DNA from: Podarcis erhardii
Lineage: Eukaryota
Length of the DNA stretch: 61,419 nucleotides
Reading direction: 5' to 3' (one strand)
Assembly (NCBI GenBank): GCA_964252035.1
Contig: CAXUOO010000047.1
A model generated the notes under the pieces. The model saw only the letters and a list, made by a program, of their open reading frames with translations, was not told where the DNA came from and ran no database searches. Of this stretch, positions 14,601 through 28,860 are shown one piece after another. How positions within the stretch are numbered: position 1 is the first letter of the stretch; every line of letters starts with the position of its first letter. Both the position numbers and the translations under genes were made by a program.

Positions 14601-14814
14601 TATAAATTGGCGGCATACCTTAACGTAAAATTCGACTTATTCACATATCGGGCTTCCCGTCTTTGCTGTCGCTACCGCTGCTAAACCACGCTTATGTGAA
14701 ACAGATGTAGCTTTTTTTTTGTTGTTGCTTTTTTTTGCAATATTGTGTACACATAAGCTTCATAGGCGCGTCTTGATGGGTGCACATTTTGCGATGTTTC
14801 GAGTGCTCACATAC

Positions 14815-14856
<42 letters not shown>

Positions 14857-15981
14857 CCAATAGGTGTTGTTTGATTACTACTCACTGGCTACTGTGTATA
14901 CTACGTCCTAATGCAACACCAAACAAAAAGTATGAGTGCGCCGCTAAGCTTTATATAAATGGTACCTACGGAGTCTCATAGCTGAAATTCGTTATGTACC
15001 CAGCACGTATACATATGCAAGACGTATATATACAGGATCTGAATTGATGTACGATACTTACCCAAGATATATATATACACACATATATATATAAAAAATG
15101 TATATAGGTAATCGAAAAAGTTTTCTCCTTATATATGCATATAGACATGCAGTATACCTGGGATACTGAGCCGCTGTTTGATAATACGTATAGCTAGCCA
15201 GTCAGCAGCAGCGACAGCAGCAGCTTTTTCCTCCTTGCTTCTTCCGTGGACACATAAAGCAGCACAACCTGCAGCTTCAATCCGATAGCACAAATTCAGC
15301 GTATCTTGTAAATACTTTTCCTCCTCGCGCATGCACTTGCTGCGCAAATGAGCCTGCTCTAACGAACCGTTCGATTGCTGAGAGGAAACATTTTCTGCCG
15401 CATTTAGGCTCCTGGTGCTGCCTGCAATACAGCCGTGAGACCAAAACTACACAGGGAAGAATTTCCACGCGTTTCCCTACATTTATCATAGTGTGTAGAG
15501 CTGCTCTACGACTGACAAATCAACAAATTTATGTATACATGAACATTCATATATATGTGTATGCATACAAAGAAATGCTCTCATACGAACATTTACACAT
15601 ACTATATATATTGTATATATATGTATACATATATGTCTGTATATTTATATTTATATATTTTTATGCGCTTCCCGATGAGTTTTACGCAAACACCAAGGCA
15701 TATGTAGGTAATCATGTATCCGTATGTATATATGCTATCAGCGAGAATTCATTCATGAACCTAAAACGAATGGACCTGTTGTTCTTCGGATCAAGTTTGA
15801 AGGGCTGAAAACAACTATGATAGCGCCACGTCACATTTGCGGCACCATCACATCATTAAATGCTGCTGCCACAACAAAAAAAATCGAAGCGCTCATAGCG
15901 AGACTATGATAAAGTGTTGTCGCACTCATTGACTTGAAGACATACAAAGTCAGAAGAAGTTCATGTACTCTCGTACTACAC

Positions 15982-16023
<42 letters not shown>

Positions 16024-19000
16024 GACACACGCAATCATGAATATATATCAGTACAAATATGTGAATTCGTACCGACACATACATAAATCTTTTGTAGATT
16101 CATTGAGCGGATGAACATATACATAAGAAGATGTTACGGAAATGGCGTTGCAAGTGCACCAAAGAGGATAGGTTAGAAGCCATGTCTGACTCTAGGCTAC
16201 CTTGGTGGAAGACACCTTGATTTGTTACAAGAACACTGATGGACTGTACAAAAAGGGCTAGAATAGATAAAATACGGCGAAAAACGGAACCTATAGCGAG
16301 ATAGAAGTCCAGTCGTTGAAATGTAAACTGTCTACACCAGCGCAAAACATGCTTCGATGTTCGATACATTCTAGGAAAATCATTCTATGCATTGTTCATT
16401 GCAATCACTTCAAAAGCTGAGAAATTAGCTGCTGCAGCAGCAGCTCGCATTAAAGAGAGGAGCAGAGGATCCTCTTAGAGCCATTTGTTTGCAAGAACGG
16501 CAGTAAACATCGACATGAAGAAGACGTGGTAAAAAGCAGTCGCTGCTCAGCACTGTGCAGTTTGTCAAAGAATGAAATACATCAAAACTAGCAGCCACAA
16601 CATACATCCACTTTGATGGCAGTTGCGAACATAACTTGACTACTAGGTGGTAATCTGAGCTAGTACTGTATATGAGAAAGCAGCAGCGGCAGTTGTATAT
16701 ATAACTTGATTACTGGTTGGTAATCTGGGCTAATACTATATTTGAAAGCAACGGAAGCACAAAATGGGGTCAACTTTTGGAAACAAGGGCATCAGCAAAA
16801 GATCGCAGAAAAAGCATCCAGCACTTCGTAGCTGCAACATCGTACACAAGCAGCGGCATAGTGGAAGCAGCAGCGGAGAAAAATAGTGGAAGCAGCAGAA
16901 GGAAAAATATATCAAATACAGTAGCTGTCCTGAGATAGCACAGCAATGCACAGAGCTGCAGAAACAGGATCTCCTCTTGCTGTTGTCATTGGTATTCTGT
17001 TCTCTGTGCTCTTCTTTGCTACTTTACAAAAAAACGCTCAGCACCAATGAGGGCACTGAAGCTCAGGGCGGAAGAAAGAGAGAAAGGAAAGCAGGCAACT
17101 AATAGCAGCAGTTGAAGGGGGAAACCTCAATGGGAATACGTTGAGCAGCAGAAAAGAAAAAGCAAATTCGTGGGGACTACTCAGTTAGTATTAGAGAAGT
17201 TTCTTTTTCGATGATGCAGATATGTGATTGGGAAGAAGTAACAACGAGCGCTGGTGGAGTGAGGAAGATGATGATTACATCTAAAAACTCATTGGCCACA
17301 AAAACACTCACCCGTAGGTGGATGACTTTGATAGACTTCTCCAGATAGAAAAACTATACCTTTAGGGTTATATGAGATACCGAGAATCCTTCACATAAGA
17401 GAAAAACTCACACCAGGAAGTAACACACAGCAACCAGTACCAAGTAGAAAAAGCCAATTGCAGTCTGAACTAGTACCTGGCGTCTGAGAAGTAAGTTTCC
17501 TGATTTTACAGGTGATCGGTACTGAGACGCTTGCATGCAGCGTGCTCACAATGTTCCTGCAGCAGTCGCCACAAACAATCCGAACCGAAGCACAGCAGAA
17601 GAAGTAACAGCGATAACGAAGGAAACAAAGCCAGAAAAAAATTAGTGCACAAATTTAGTGCTTCTTCAATCCGCCACTGCATATTATTCATTGACGCTGT
17701 TCTTCATGTCACTTCTACTTTCTCTAATTGGAGCTCTTTTATCATCTGCTGCTCAAGGCTAAAGCCTTCGCACTCTCGAACGGCCTCGCTCCAGGCAACC
17801 TAAGCAACATTGCATCTATATACAAAAAGCTCTGGAGAAATATATTTATATAAGTATATTGGAATTTTGTATGATTATACGAATGTGTGCATGACATCTA
17901 AGTACGTTTGACTTAGAATGACAACTCATTAACAAATTTGACAGTCTAAGAATGTCTGGTAGAAAGAAAGCGAAAACTTACGAAATGAGATCAGTTTCCC
18001 TCAGAAGGAATGCGCCATAGTGGCCACGCCGTGCAATGTTCTGCAGAAACACCAGCAGAAAGCATATAACTCTATTTAATCATATACCTATAGACACACG
18101 TGCGTGCAAACATTTCTATATATCATATGCGCATGTACACATGTACACATATATGTATTTGCTTGACACCTGTTTAAAATGCGAGCTGGATTGGCAGACT
18201 TCTCGCATTGTGAAGGGGACACTACGAAAAGGAGAAGTCGTTGTTCACTAAATAACTTTCAGAAATTCATGAGGCAAAAAACTGTCACGCGCGTCGAAAA
18301 ATTGAATGGAAAGGACGAGTATACAACGCAGGCATTCATATACATATAGATATACATATATATATGTATATACATACATATATATATATATATATATAAG
18401 AAATGCATTGAAGGTTTGAGTAGATCGAAAAAGCCACTTCTGGGCGCTCAGACAGTGCGATAAAAAAACAAACTGAAACACTCGGGCAAGACGAGCAGAA
18501 AGACTTTGCTGAGTTAGATGGGTCAAATTCACATTAGAGCTATCTATACTGAATATCTAACGCAGATGAAACTGGGTACAAACGGAGCATTCGATAATGT
18601 ATAGTTTCATGTCTATTTGTATCATCTATATACATTGACTCTTAGCAAGTAGTGGGAAACAATAAAGACCCCAAGGGAAAAAACAGAAAACCTGTGAATG
18701 CGCATAAACACTGACTTCAGAAAAAAGACGAAAGCAGCGGTAGTACAGGACACATAAAGAGGCATCGAATACGGGTATAATACGGGTAGGAAAAACAAGA
18801 ATTGCTGCATAAAAGGTAAAAAACAATAAGTGCTTTTAAAACGAAAGAGTTTGACCGACTAAGCAATCAAACATGGTTATCAAGGACTTCAGTGCCGTAC
18901 TCGTACATGTACTACAACTTTGCACTCTAAATGTAAGTGGAGAAAAAGATGTACAGAAGTAGGTATATTGCAGGATTAGCCAGTCTCAACATCGAATACT

Positions 19001-19365
19001 GAAATCACGAGCACAAAAGACGTATCAAAAATGCAAAAACACAACCAAACAACTGAATACACTCAGTCAAAAAAAGAAACGTATTTGCCGAAAAAGCCTG
19101 AACTACGGCCTACTTGGGGACAACCCAGATTCAAATCGATTGCCTCCACGTCATTTTCTATAAGTCTCGCAGCCTCCGTTAGATAATGAGGTGAGTCACC
19201 TATGTGGAGGTTCACACAAAAAAATAGTAGAGTCCGAGCCGAGCTTTTCTATACCCTTGAGTAAAGTATGTACACGTACACTCACTCTCGTAGTACGTGC
19301 GTCATCAGGTGATGAATTCGAAATAGTCTCTTCACACATATGTCACTGTATGCGATATATGAATC

Positions 19366-19409
<44 letters not shown>

Positions 19410-19985
19410 CAAATTTCCTCCCACAGTCGTCTGCCAGATCATGCATAACATTACATATATGTATATAAATATATGTACTGTTCTAGTAAAATGTGGCCTG
19501 CACGTAAACACTAATGCTAGTTCCACATCATCGAAACATTCACAGATGCTTTGACACACATTCTACTTTCCTTCGCGCAGAACGCCCACACCAATTTTGA
19601 ATCGCCAATAAGCGTTCTGCAGTTGAAAAGGAGGCAACAAAAAAGCAGCAGTGAAAAACGAAACTGCAGGAGTACACAACTAAATGCCCAAAAATCTGCA
19701 TCAGTCGGAGCAGCATAAGCGGCACAATTTCCTTTGACACCATGCTCCCTGTTTTCTACTCGACGCGAAACCCTGAGAAATGCTACTGAGTTAGTACGGG
19801 TCCTTTAAATGAACGAAAAGAAAAAACGAGACACCTAAACGCTCGACTTACACATGAAGGGCTTCTGGAAAATACATTCTTACTAGTTGTAGAATCTTGT
19901 GCGGAATCACGTACACTCACACGTATATATATATATATATACATTACAATTGTGTCTCTCTTTCTCTCGCGCTCCACACATATAC

Positions 19986-20016
<31 letters not shown>

Positions 20017-22782
20017 CGTTCTGAAGAATCCAAAATCGCTACTGCATATGCACATTGCACATATGAAATTGTCAGGTTATTAGAAGACTTCCTTCTCGTC
20101 TGTGGACGTTCGAGCAGTAAAAATTATACCCTGCCATTCAGCATCTCGCAAATGCATTGCATGCAGCGGCCTGACTAAAAAAACGCCTACCACAGAACTG
20201 AGCGATAAGCGGCCAATCGCAGTCCTCCTCCAAACCAAATGAAAAACCTCCTGTCACAGCGGCTGCTTCTTCTCCAACTTGTTCGAACCGTTTTGAGTGG
20301 CTAAAACGACTGCTACAGCAATTCGTGGCACTCGCTTCACAGCAGCAGCACTGGTCTTCTTGCTGCTGTCGCTGTTCATCATGAGCTAAACGAGCACAAA
20401 ATGCTTTATTGCGTATCTTCTCCTGTTGATTGGAAGCAATATTATCCCTGCTGCTTTGATAGAGTAAGTGTTGTTGCTGCTCTTGTCGTTCTTCCTGCTC
20501 CTTTTGCTTTTTTTTCCTTCGACGTTCAGATGGAAGCACCTGCCAGTGAACTGCGCGATATTTAGGGTCTTCTACAAATAGCCTGAATTCCGTGCAGACA
20601 TGCCTTACGCCTACTTGTGAAACATATAAATCATGCAGGTTTGATGCAGTCACGTAGACATTTCTACAGAAGGTGCCACATATATATATATATATACCTA
20701 TTTCATATGGACAAATGTTCCAACAAAAACATATACAGGTATATATATATATATGAATATACGAACAGTCATGTCATTTGTACCTACATAAACGTGTACA
20801 GAGCGAAATATATATGTAATCTCATTGAAGAAGCGCCATAGAAGTATGCAGAATTGAAACTTTTACTTTGGTTTGGCAGGACAAACATTGCCATACACAC
20901 CAGGTTCGGTGAATGGCAGGAGAATGACTATACAACAACCGCGTATGATCAGCAACACATCCTTTTTGCAATATTCTACTTGTCATTCAAAATTTCCAAG
21001 CCATTCTCGAATTTCCTTCTATTTTTGCTTGGACACGTCCACTATACATAAGTCATGTATATTTAGTGCACTTCGCGATTAGACCTATACGTATAGATAT
21101 ATATATATATATATATGGTACGCATATGTATGCGCGGAAAACAGTCTCTGCACATCCGCAAACACGTTGCGTTTCAGCTTAAGTAGAGTCTTTCATTATC
21201 TTTAGAGCGCACTTCCACCCGTAAAAAGTGTATATATATGGCCCACTCAGTATAAACCGATTGATGCGCCACCAGAATACATATATATATATATATATTA
21301 ATGAACACTTTTGTAAGCATACACTGCAGAGCCCATAATATGAGGATGACATATATATATATATATATATACATTTATACATGTAAGCGACTACATGCTA
21401 TGCATCCAGACATATATTTAAACAAATATTCATTGAAACACGTGTCTATTTGCTGTTTCGGGGAGCGCCGGTATTTTTTGCGAAATTATCAACATGCTTT
21501 GTCAACGTACTATAAATAAATAAATAAATATATATATATTTATATTTATATATATATATATATATTTACATACATACATAAAGTGCACCTTCTAGGCGAA
21601 TTCTATATCTTGTTCATACATATATATATACATTGATCTATTTGATAGTAATTTAAGCGCCCGCCTTTCCGGTGTCGACATGTTTTGACTGAATCCGTAA
21701 CTGAAAATGACCATTTCAGTCTTCATATGAATGTTTTCTGACATTCACAGCATGTAAATTTACCTAAGTCTCTATCTTCAAGCTCAGCTGCACAACAACT
21801 GCATCTAATGAGTTTGTTCGTCGCCTTATTTTCTTCGATATATCAATAATTGAGCGCTTGCTACCATATACATATACATATATATATGTATATATATGTA
21901 TACACGTGTATATCCAAACACACACAAGCATATAATAATTATAAATATATATATGTGCATGTTCGTAGTTGTTTTAATCTTACGTAGGAACGAATATATA
22001 CAAAAAAGTGCTCACTTACTTATTCCATATATATCTACACAGGAACATGATTCGTATAATATATAAGTGTATACGAATATGACTATGCTTTTCGTCCTGA
22101 ATGTCAATGTATCATAACCCTCGTGTGGTCCGTTTCTGCCAGTTCGTTTCTGTCTCACGAGAAAGGACTATATATAAGAATGTCAAATATATACAAACAA
22201 GAGCCCGGAATTTCCACACTTACTCACAAACAACTACTGTCAAAAATATGTGTTTATATGTATATATATGTATATATATATATATATATGTGAAACTGGT
22301 TGGGGACTACATGAATGCATACCTCACTGTACAAACAGACGTAGAGTTTGTTCTTTAAATAAAGAGCAGTGCATACTTACCTACTGTGCAGCATTGGCGT
22401 GTAGGCGAGTTCCACCCCACATCGTCTAGATAGAATCCTGCAAAGCCATTCACCACAGCTATATCATAAGCTCCTCGATAGATTCGATCCCATCAGTATA
22501 TATACATAGGCACTTGTACGTATCCTACACAGATGTGAACAGCTACAGTGTATGAAGGTAGGCTAGCTGCTGCAGCTGGTTTCTGAATCGACGATACAAC
22601 ACCATTCAGCACATTGCAGCAGCACAATCGGCGCTTACAGAGTAACCCTCAACACTCGAATGCATTCCATTTAGAACTCACCGGAAAGCAAGTTCACTGG
22701 CATCAACCATTGGCCCCATGACAAAGCACGGGGATCCAATGCTCGCCCAAAAAGAAGAATCTTTTGAAGAAATTTTGTCCAT
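11682..22782 (-). CDS. DUS1: tRNA-dihydrouridine synthase (Dus1-like), 850 aa; exons 22682-22782, 22381-22437, 20191-20582, 19114-19199, 17982-18040, 17477-17556, 15158-15421, 14295-14355, 13268-13826, 11682-12575
   Basis: All nine introns are GT-AG, the phases are consistent, and the total is 2553 nt (851 codons including stop). Dus-family motifs occur in order: [60 protein letters not shown] (catalytic Cys), PITCKIR, LCVHGRSKEEK, ADWLAIRIIKQRLSIPVIANGGI, ADAVMSAEGILDNPLLF, AEYL, KSHIFRCL. Confidence 0.94.
12844..12960. repeat. About 60-bp tandem duplication in the last DUS1 intron
   Basis: catatatatatatatatgtaatatttctat occurs at 12844 and 12904, each followed by a similar acgatata...atttactta tail. 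Confidence 0.85.
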
Positions 22783-23596
22783 TTGATATTCTTCAGCTCA
22801 AATCACTATATTCCAGTTAAGAAACAGCACCGGCTCTTCTTTACTTTGAACAAACAACTGTTTTCGCTGCCGCTGCCGGTGCTGCCCATGAGTAACATAA
22901 GTTTCGGTCCATATGCACTGCGCTGATTCGCGAAGCCGACTTGAAAAGTGCCGCTTTAACACTTTCCTCAATGGCCGTAGCACTACTAGTCTTGAACGCA
23001 AGTCCTTCTACTGATGCTGCCCCGCTGCAGGTGCAATGCCTAATCTTCAGCTGCTCAATATGCTTGGTAATCAGGAATGTTTCGAGTACCTTGCAAGGCA
23101 GCACTGCATACTTCACTCTGAAGAATGACGTTTTTCGAATAATCGAAGGTATATGAACAGTTACTAGATGACTCACGGACGACGAGTGTTATAAACAGAG
23201 TTTCCCCAGTGTTGACACACTGCTGGTTTTTCTGTACCACAGCTCGTCAAAAAATGAGTTTCACAAACTCGTAGAAGAGAAGGTTTGAGGAAAACAGGCT
23301 TTGAACCAGACTGCCGACACACAGTGACGAATGTGACTACTGCTGTAGCAACGCGGGAAGCCAGATATGAGATATGTAATTGAAGAATATAGGTATGGTA
23401 CAAAATTATATATATATATATATATATGTGCCAGTATACACAAATTGCAGCTTTTGCAGAGTTTCAGAATCTGACACGCAGAGCCATTAGCGCAGACAAG
23501 TGGCAGCCTTCGCAGCGGAAGCAGCAGCGATTGTTCAGCACTTCACTTGCGACGAAAGAAAGCCTCAGGCAGCAGACGATGACGTAGCAGCAACAG

Positions 23597-26303
23597 CATT
23601 TCTCTGTTGCTGCTGTGACCCAATTTCTGCAGGAGAAGGAGAAGCGCCAAAACACCGCAGCAACGGCCGCTCTAACGAAATCCAGACCAACCGCACCACA
23701 AGAAAATGCAATCCGATCTAACTTGAATGGCAGTACTTGCAAGAAAGCGCAGTACGGTGCATTCACGGATAGCAACATCTGCGTCCGCAACCGTTTCAAT
23801 GATTCAAGTTCACAGAAATTGTATCGCAGCTTCGGAGAAAACAGGTAATAAGACACGGACAAAAAGTGTTCTTAACAATGATTGACAGAATAAAAGTGAG
23901 TTCCTGTGTGAAAACGAGCAAGAGAAATCCAGTTGGGAATTTTCTGTTGAGGAAAGAGAGCTACAGATGCCGCAGACTACATAGAACAGAGACAACGGAA
24001 ACACCGCTTTACCACATGCTATATATATATAAATTGTAGAGAATATATACCTATACCGAAACATCGCTTCACCACATGCTATATATATAAATTGTAGGGA
24101 ATATATACTTATACTTCGAGAGGCACGAATAGAAAAAAATGGTGAGTGTTTTTTCGAACAAGGGAGCCGCGATGACGAAAATCGAGTGTTTGCTCTATCA
24201 CAATATAGCGGTGACAAGTATGGCATGCGCATGCATACACTAGTGGAGTCGCGAGCTTGGATAGTACAACCAGAGCTGCACGATCTGCCGTGTGTGTACA
24301 TATTTACGAAAGTACTTATGAATGCCTACATGTAGATATATATATATATATATATTCATAATCAAATTTGTAGATGAGTATTTGTCTTCGTAGATATACC
24401 TAACCAAATACACTCACCCTACACTTACAGNNNNNNNNNNNNNNNNNNNNNNNNNNNNNNNNNNNNNNNNNNNNNNNNNNNNNNNNNNNNNNNNNNNNNN
24501 NNNNNNNNNNNNNNNNNNNNNNNNNNNNNNNNNNNNNNNNNNNNNNNNNNNNNNNNNNNNNNNNNNNNNNNNNNNNNNNNTATCTCAAATACATATGTGA
24601 GTATCTCTATGTGCGTATATGTACGTATAAGTACTCAGATGTATATTTACATATACATATATATAAGTATAGATATATATAGACATGTATAATTATCTAT
24701 TTGCTAGTGAAGTTGTATACAGGCGTACAACACTCAAACCTCTCCTTCACAAAAAAACGTGCCTAAATGCAACCATGCGATTAAGTGCATGCATATATAC
24801 GTAAATAACATACACACAGACATACATACATACATACATAAATACATATAAATACATACACATACGTGCATAATAATAAACACGTATGAACACAGATATG
24901 TACGATTTGGTCACCCCTCAGGTACCTATACAGATACCAGTTCATTGATTATATATACATGTTCCCCTTTGTATGTGTTAATGTACATCCACGCATGTTT
25001 ACACCCGGGTACAGGTCCGAGTGAGTTGACTTTTATATATATGCATACATCAATACATATAATTTCATAATTAGTGATCTAGAACATTTCTTCACATATG
25101 CGTGTATTCACAGTGCATTCACTTCTCAAATCCTCTGTAACAACTATGCTGTTTGGTGGAAAACGCGTTTTAAAATGCCATCCACCCGCAGGAATCTGAT
25201 ATGTATACAGAAACACGTTGTATATAAAAAAAAATGTGTCTTGAAACATATGCCCATCTGTGCCGCAACATATGTGACGTTTATAACAGTGGGACATTTT
25301 GTATATAAGGCTTTCGCTATGGCGAGCCCTTCGTCCGAAATACACACGTATTCGGGTAGAAAACTATACGCATTTCTTAACATGATATTTTGATATACGT
25401 ACACTCTCAAACTCGGAATGATACGGGTAGGGAAAAGTGCATCTTCTAGTATTTGCATGTCTTGATTTGAGCACATGTGCTCGTATATTCGTATATAGGT
25501 ATGATCACTGGTGCTATTAGACACATATTCAATAAGCCTGTACTGTAGTACGCCTCGTGTCACACATACTCCTCATCTCTGCAGCGCATCATACTGCAGT
25601 TGCACACACATACATCCTCGCTACTCTGCAAAAATCGTCGTTTTCCACTGAAGTCTTCGATCAATTTTGGAGTTTGGCTCAGATTTACCTTCTCGTCTTA
25701 TGTGAAGCTGTTTGCAAGCAAGTCTAGACTGCAAAATGGTGATCAGTGCAATGCATTTCCGTTGTTTTGATCTTGACTGCCTTTACCATTTATTCTGTAT
25801 TTTTGTGTATGATTCTACAAAACCTTTAATCAGTATCTCATAAGAAAAGAACTGTACGGATTTTCCTCTGATGCGCGATGGTTAATGTATACACGCTTCT
25901 GGAGGATTCTTCGCAAAGAAATTACAGCTTCTACGGCTACTCTTTGACATTTGCAGCGTGAAAGTTTCGCATTGTTTCTGTGGCGTATTAACTGATGTTG
26001 TTGTAGTAAGTAACAAGTGAAAATGAGACACAAATCATTCAGAACTTCAGTGTCAGTACACCAGCGAATGATACTTATACTAATATGAACTTGCACGAAA
26101 GCATGGAAGTGATTGCTCTGAGAATTCTCCACCTTCGTTGTTACTGACCAGCTGCTTCAACAGTTTTTTCCAGACTGAACTCTACACCATGTCAACCAGG
26201 GAAAATTTATCAATACCGTTTGCAAAGCAACCGTTTTGATGACAATTTTTGGCACCCTTTGCAAAAGATCGAGCTGCCGTGCTTAAACATCCTTGAAATC
26301 GAC
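23597..26303 (+). CDS. Candidate hypothetical multi-exon protein (start, end and middle exons unresolved); best exons 23597-23844, 24098-24311, 25834-25886, 26174-26303
   Basis: Open, microsatellite-free segments are bounded by YAG and GT. Phases join 23844|24098 (...FGEN-R-EYILILREARIEKNGECFFEQGSRDDENRVF...) and 25886|26174 (YLIRKELYGFSSDARWL-I-LNSTPCQPGKIYQYRLQSNRFDDNFWHPLQKIELPCLNILEID). I recognise no family, and the model crosses the N gap. Confidence 0.4.
24001..24119. repeat. About 60-bp tandem duplication containing a duplicated TTGTAG acceptor-like site
   Basis: acaccgctttaccacatgctatatatatataaattgtagagaatatatacctatac (from 24001) versus acatcgcttcaccacatgctatatatataaattgtagggaatatatacttatac (from 24061). 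Confidence 0.9.
24431..24580. other. Assembly gap (150 N)
   Basis: Run of N in the sequence; the true length is unknown. Confidence 0.99.
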
Positions 26304-26559
26304 GTAAGACTATTGTCAAACGTGTTGTGTATACTGTTGTGACGATGATTCGCTCTTCATACCCCCACCGCATCTGCGGATTTACTCAGAGAATATAGTT
26401 GGGCGTTTGAAAAAACTTTGCAATGCATTTAATCTAGCTTTTTCCGCTCATAAGACTGACTTATGTATATAGACTTTATGGACCACATGACGACCATATA
26501 ACACGAGTTGTCATTCTCATTCTGTTCCGCTGCGTAGTCATATTCATGGGTGCACAAAG

Positions 26560-26597
<38 letters not shown>

Positions 26598-28860
26598 TTT
26601 CATATATACCTGCGATGTTTAGTAGATTCTGTCTCAGACCTATAAGAGTAGACGTTCACACAATGCTTCTTTTGTGTCGCCTACATCTACGTAATTTCAA
26701 ACGGTGAGACGTGTCGCTGCGCACACTTCTTTTGTCCGCTCGAGAAATCGTAACTACCACGCTTACCCCACATAACCGTGCCACCCTGTCGAACCAAGGT
26801 GAGACTTCGATACAACGGGCATCCACATAAACAGGCATAAAAGGATATATGTATATAAATCATACATATATGTATATGTATACCTTCCACAGAAATTAAT
26901 TACGTACATTATGAATACGGGCCGCGCGATTACAGATGCTTTCTAGGACCACCTCCACACGCTGGCAACAAGTTGCTAGAGAAATATTTCATTTCTTTTG
27001 CCCAGCTGCACGCAATCACACATGAAACTTCTAATTATTAGAGTCAAAGTTGTATATCGTGGTCAAAAACTTGTCAGCAACTTTGAAACGCAAACAAATG
27101 TGTCGCACATATCTTATATTTCTTCAGAGTACAAATTAGTCCAGTGCAGACCTGGCTCTGTGGCGCTAAGCATAGCCACGTCCTCGTCCGATTCCAACTA
27201 CTTTCTCAAGGAATGTTCACATTTATGTGCGTGAAAACGCAAGAAGTTTTATGATTATACGTGAACTTACAGAGATATACACATACATTTGCGTGTATAT
27301 ATATATATATATATATATCACAGAGCGATACTTATGTACATACAAATCTACGAAGACATGTTCTGAGCGCAGTTCTTGTTGTGCTGTTTATGCACAGCGG
27401 TGCGCATTGAAAGAGCTTTAGTGGTTTTTGTGTTCAATTTGGAAAAACTTGTGCCTTATTCAAATATAAAAGTGCGCGAAACTCCTTTTTGCACCTATGT
27501 TCTGTTGAAGGTACCTGAATATATGCAATAAATATAATTATTTGTGTAACAGTACAAACTGTTTGTACTCAAGGCAAAAAGAAGGACACCCCATGTAAGC
27601 GATACCGCGTGCTTGTTCGGCGTCACAAAACATATCCATGCGCCGTACAATTTTTTTAATTGCTATTGGTGTTCAAGCAACAAATAAAGCCTCATGATCG
27701 GAATCTAGCTTTGTTCAAAAATAATTTCCTGAGTCGGCAATATAATGCAAACTGGTAAAGAAGTGTCAAGGAGTAGATTGCTGCCACTGCTGGAAATACT
27801 GCTATCTTTCCACTTGAAAAAGGAGTCTACTAAAAGTTGAAAATGTGGACAGAGTTCTCTGTGGCAAGAAAGCCCTCCAATGACAGCTCATCATCTCAAG
27901 TAGAGCGCATATACGTAAAGCGTTCGTGAATGAATAAATAAATTGTATATATATATATATATACGTATGCATGTGTGTTGAGGGAGAAGCAGACTACGAG
28001 GGACACAAAATGAGAAAGAAAAGGTAAATCCAGCTCTTACTTTCACGCTTTTACCTGCGGTACCATTTATATCTATGCACATGACACACGTATCAGTACA
28101 TAGCGTATTACATATATGTACTGACGTGAAAATCTATTTATAGACGTACATATAAACCTAAGTATTGAAACAGAAAAGCATGGGTACGTCTTTGATCCCA
28201 GTGGTCGAAAAAAGACCCGAAAGTGGGGTCATCAAACAATGCAAGATCACATGGTTTACAAGATGTCACCTTCCACAATATTTCCCCGTGAAATCTGATG
28301 CCACCACGTCTGCTGTGAACGTCGCGGAATACTGTTGTAACAAGTGGAGCTGAATGGAACCTAAACTCAAAGCAGCTTACTATTTATATGAAACATAAAT
28401 GGTACCCACAAAAAAACCAATCAAAAAACACACCTCTTCATAATACACTTTGGTCGCTGGGCGTAGTATCCGTTATGCAGTTTTTACGACGACATGCATA
28501 CTGCAACAATTATTCATCTATATCAAACACTTGGATTGAGCGAGACTGCTATAAATCTTTGCTAGTGCTGAGTAGCTGGTTAAAGAAATATCATTCGCCT
28601 CTGGCTCTTCTGCCTGCTGCTGCTGCAAACCAACGGTCACCAAACTAGCCAGGGCGTTTTCGTAAACTGGTAATTAAGAAAAATTTAGCACTTGACGTTG
28701 TGGAAAAACATTCCACGCTGATCGTGGCGTCGCACTCCATTGTTGACTGTTCTACGCACATTCTGGTGTTCTTGAGTAGTACCTATGGTTTCGCCGTATT
28801 TCTGAGGTAACACGTCACAAGACCCTCGACTGCCAAGTGTAACTCTAATCTCGCTAGCTA

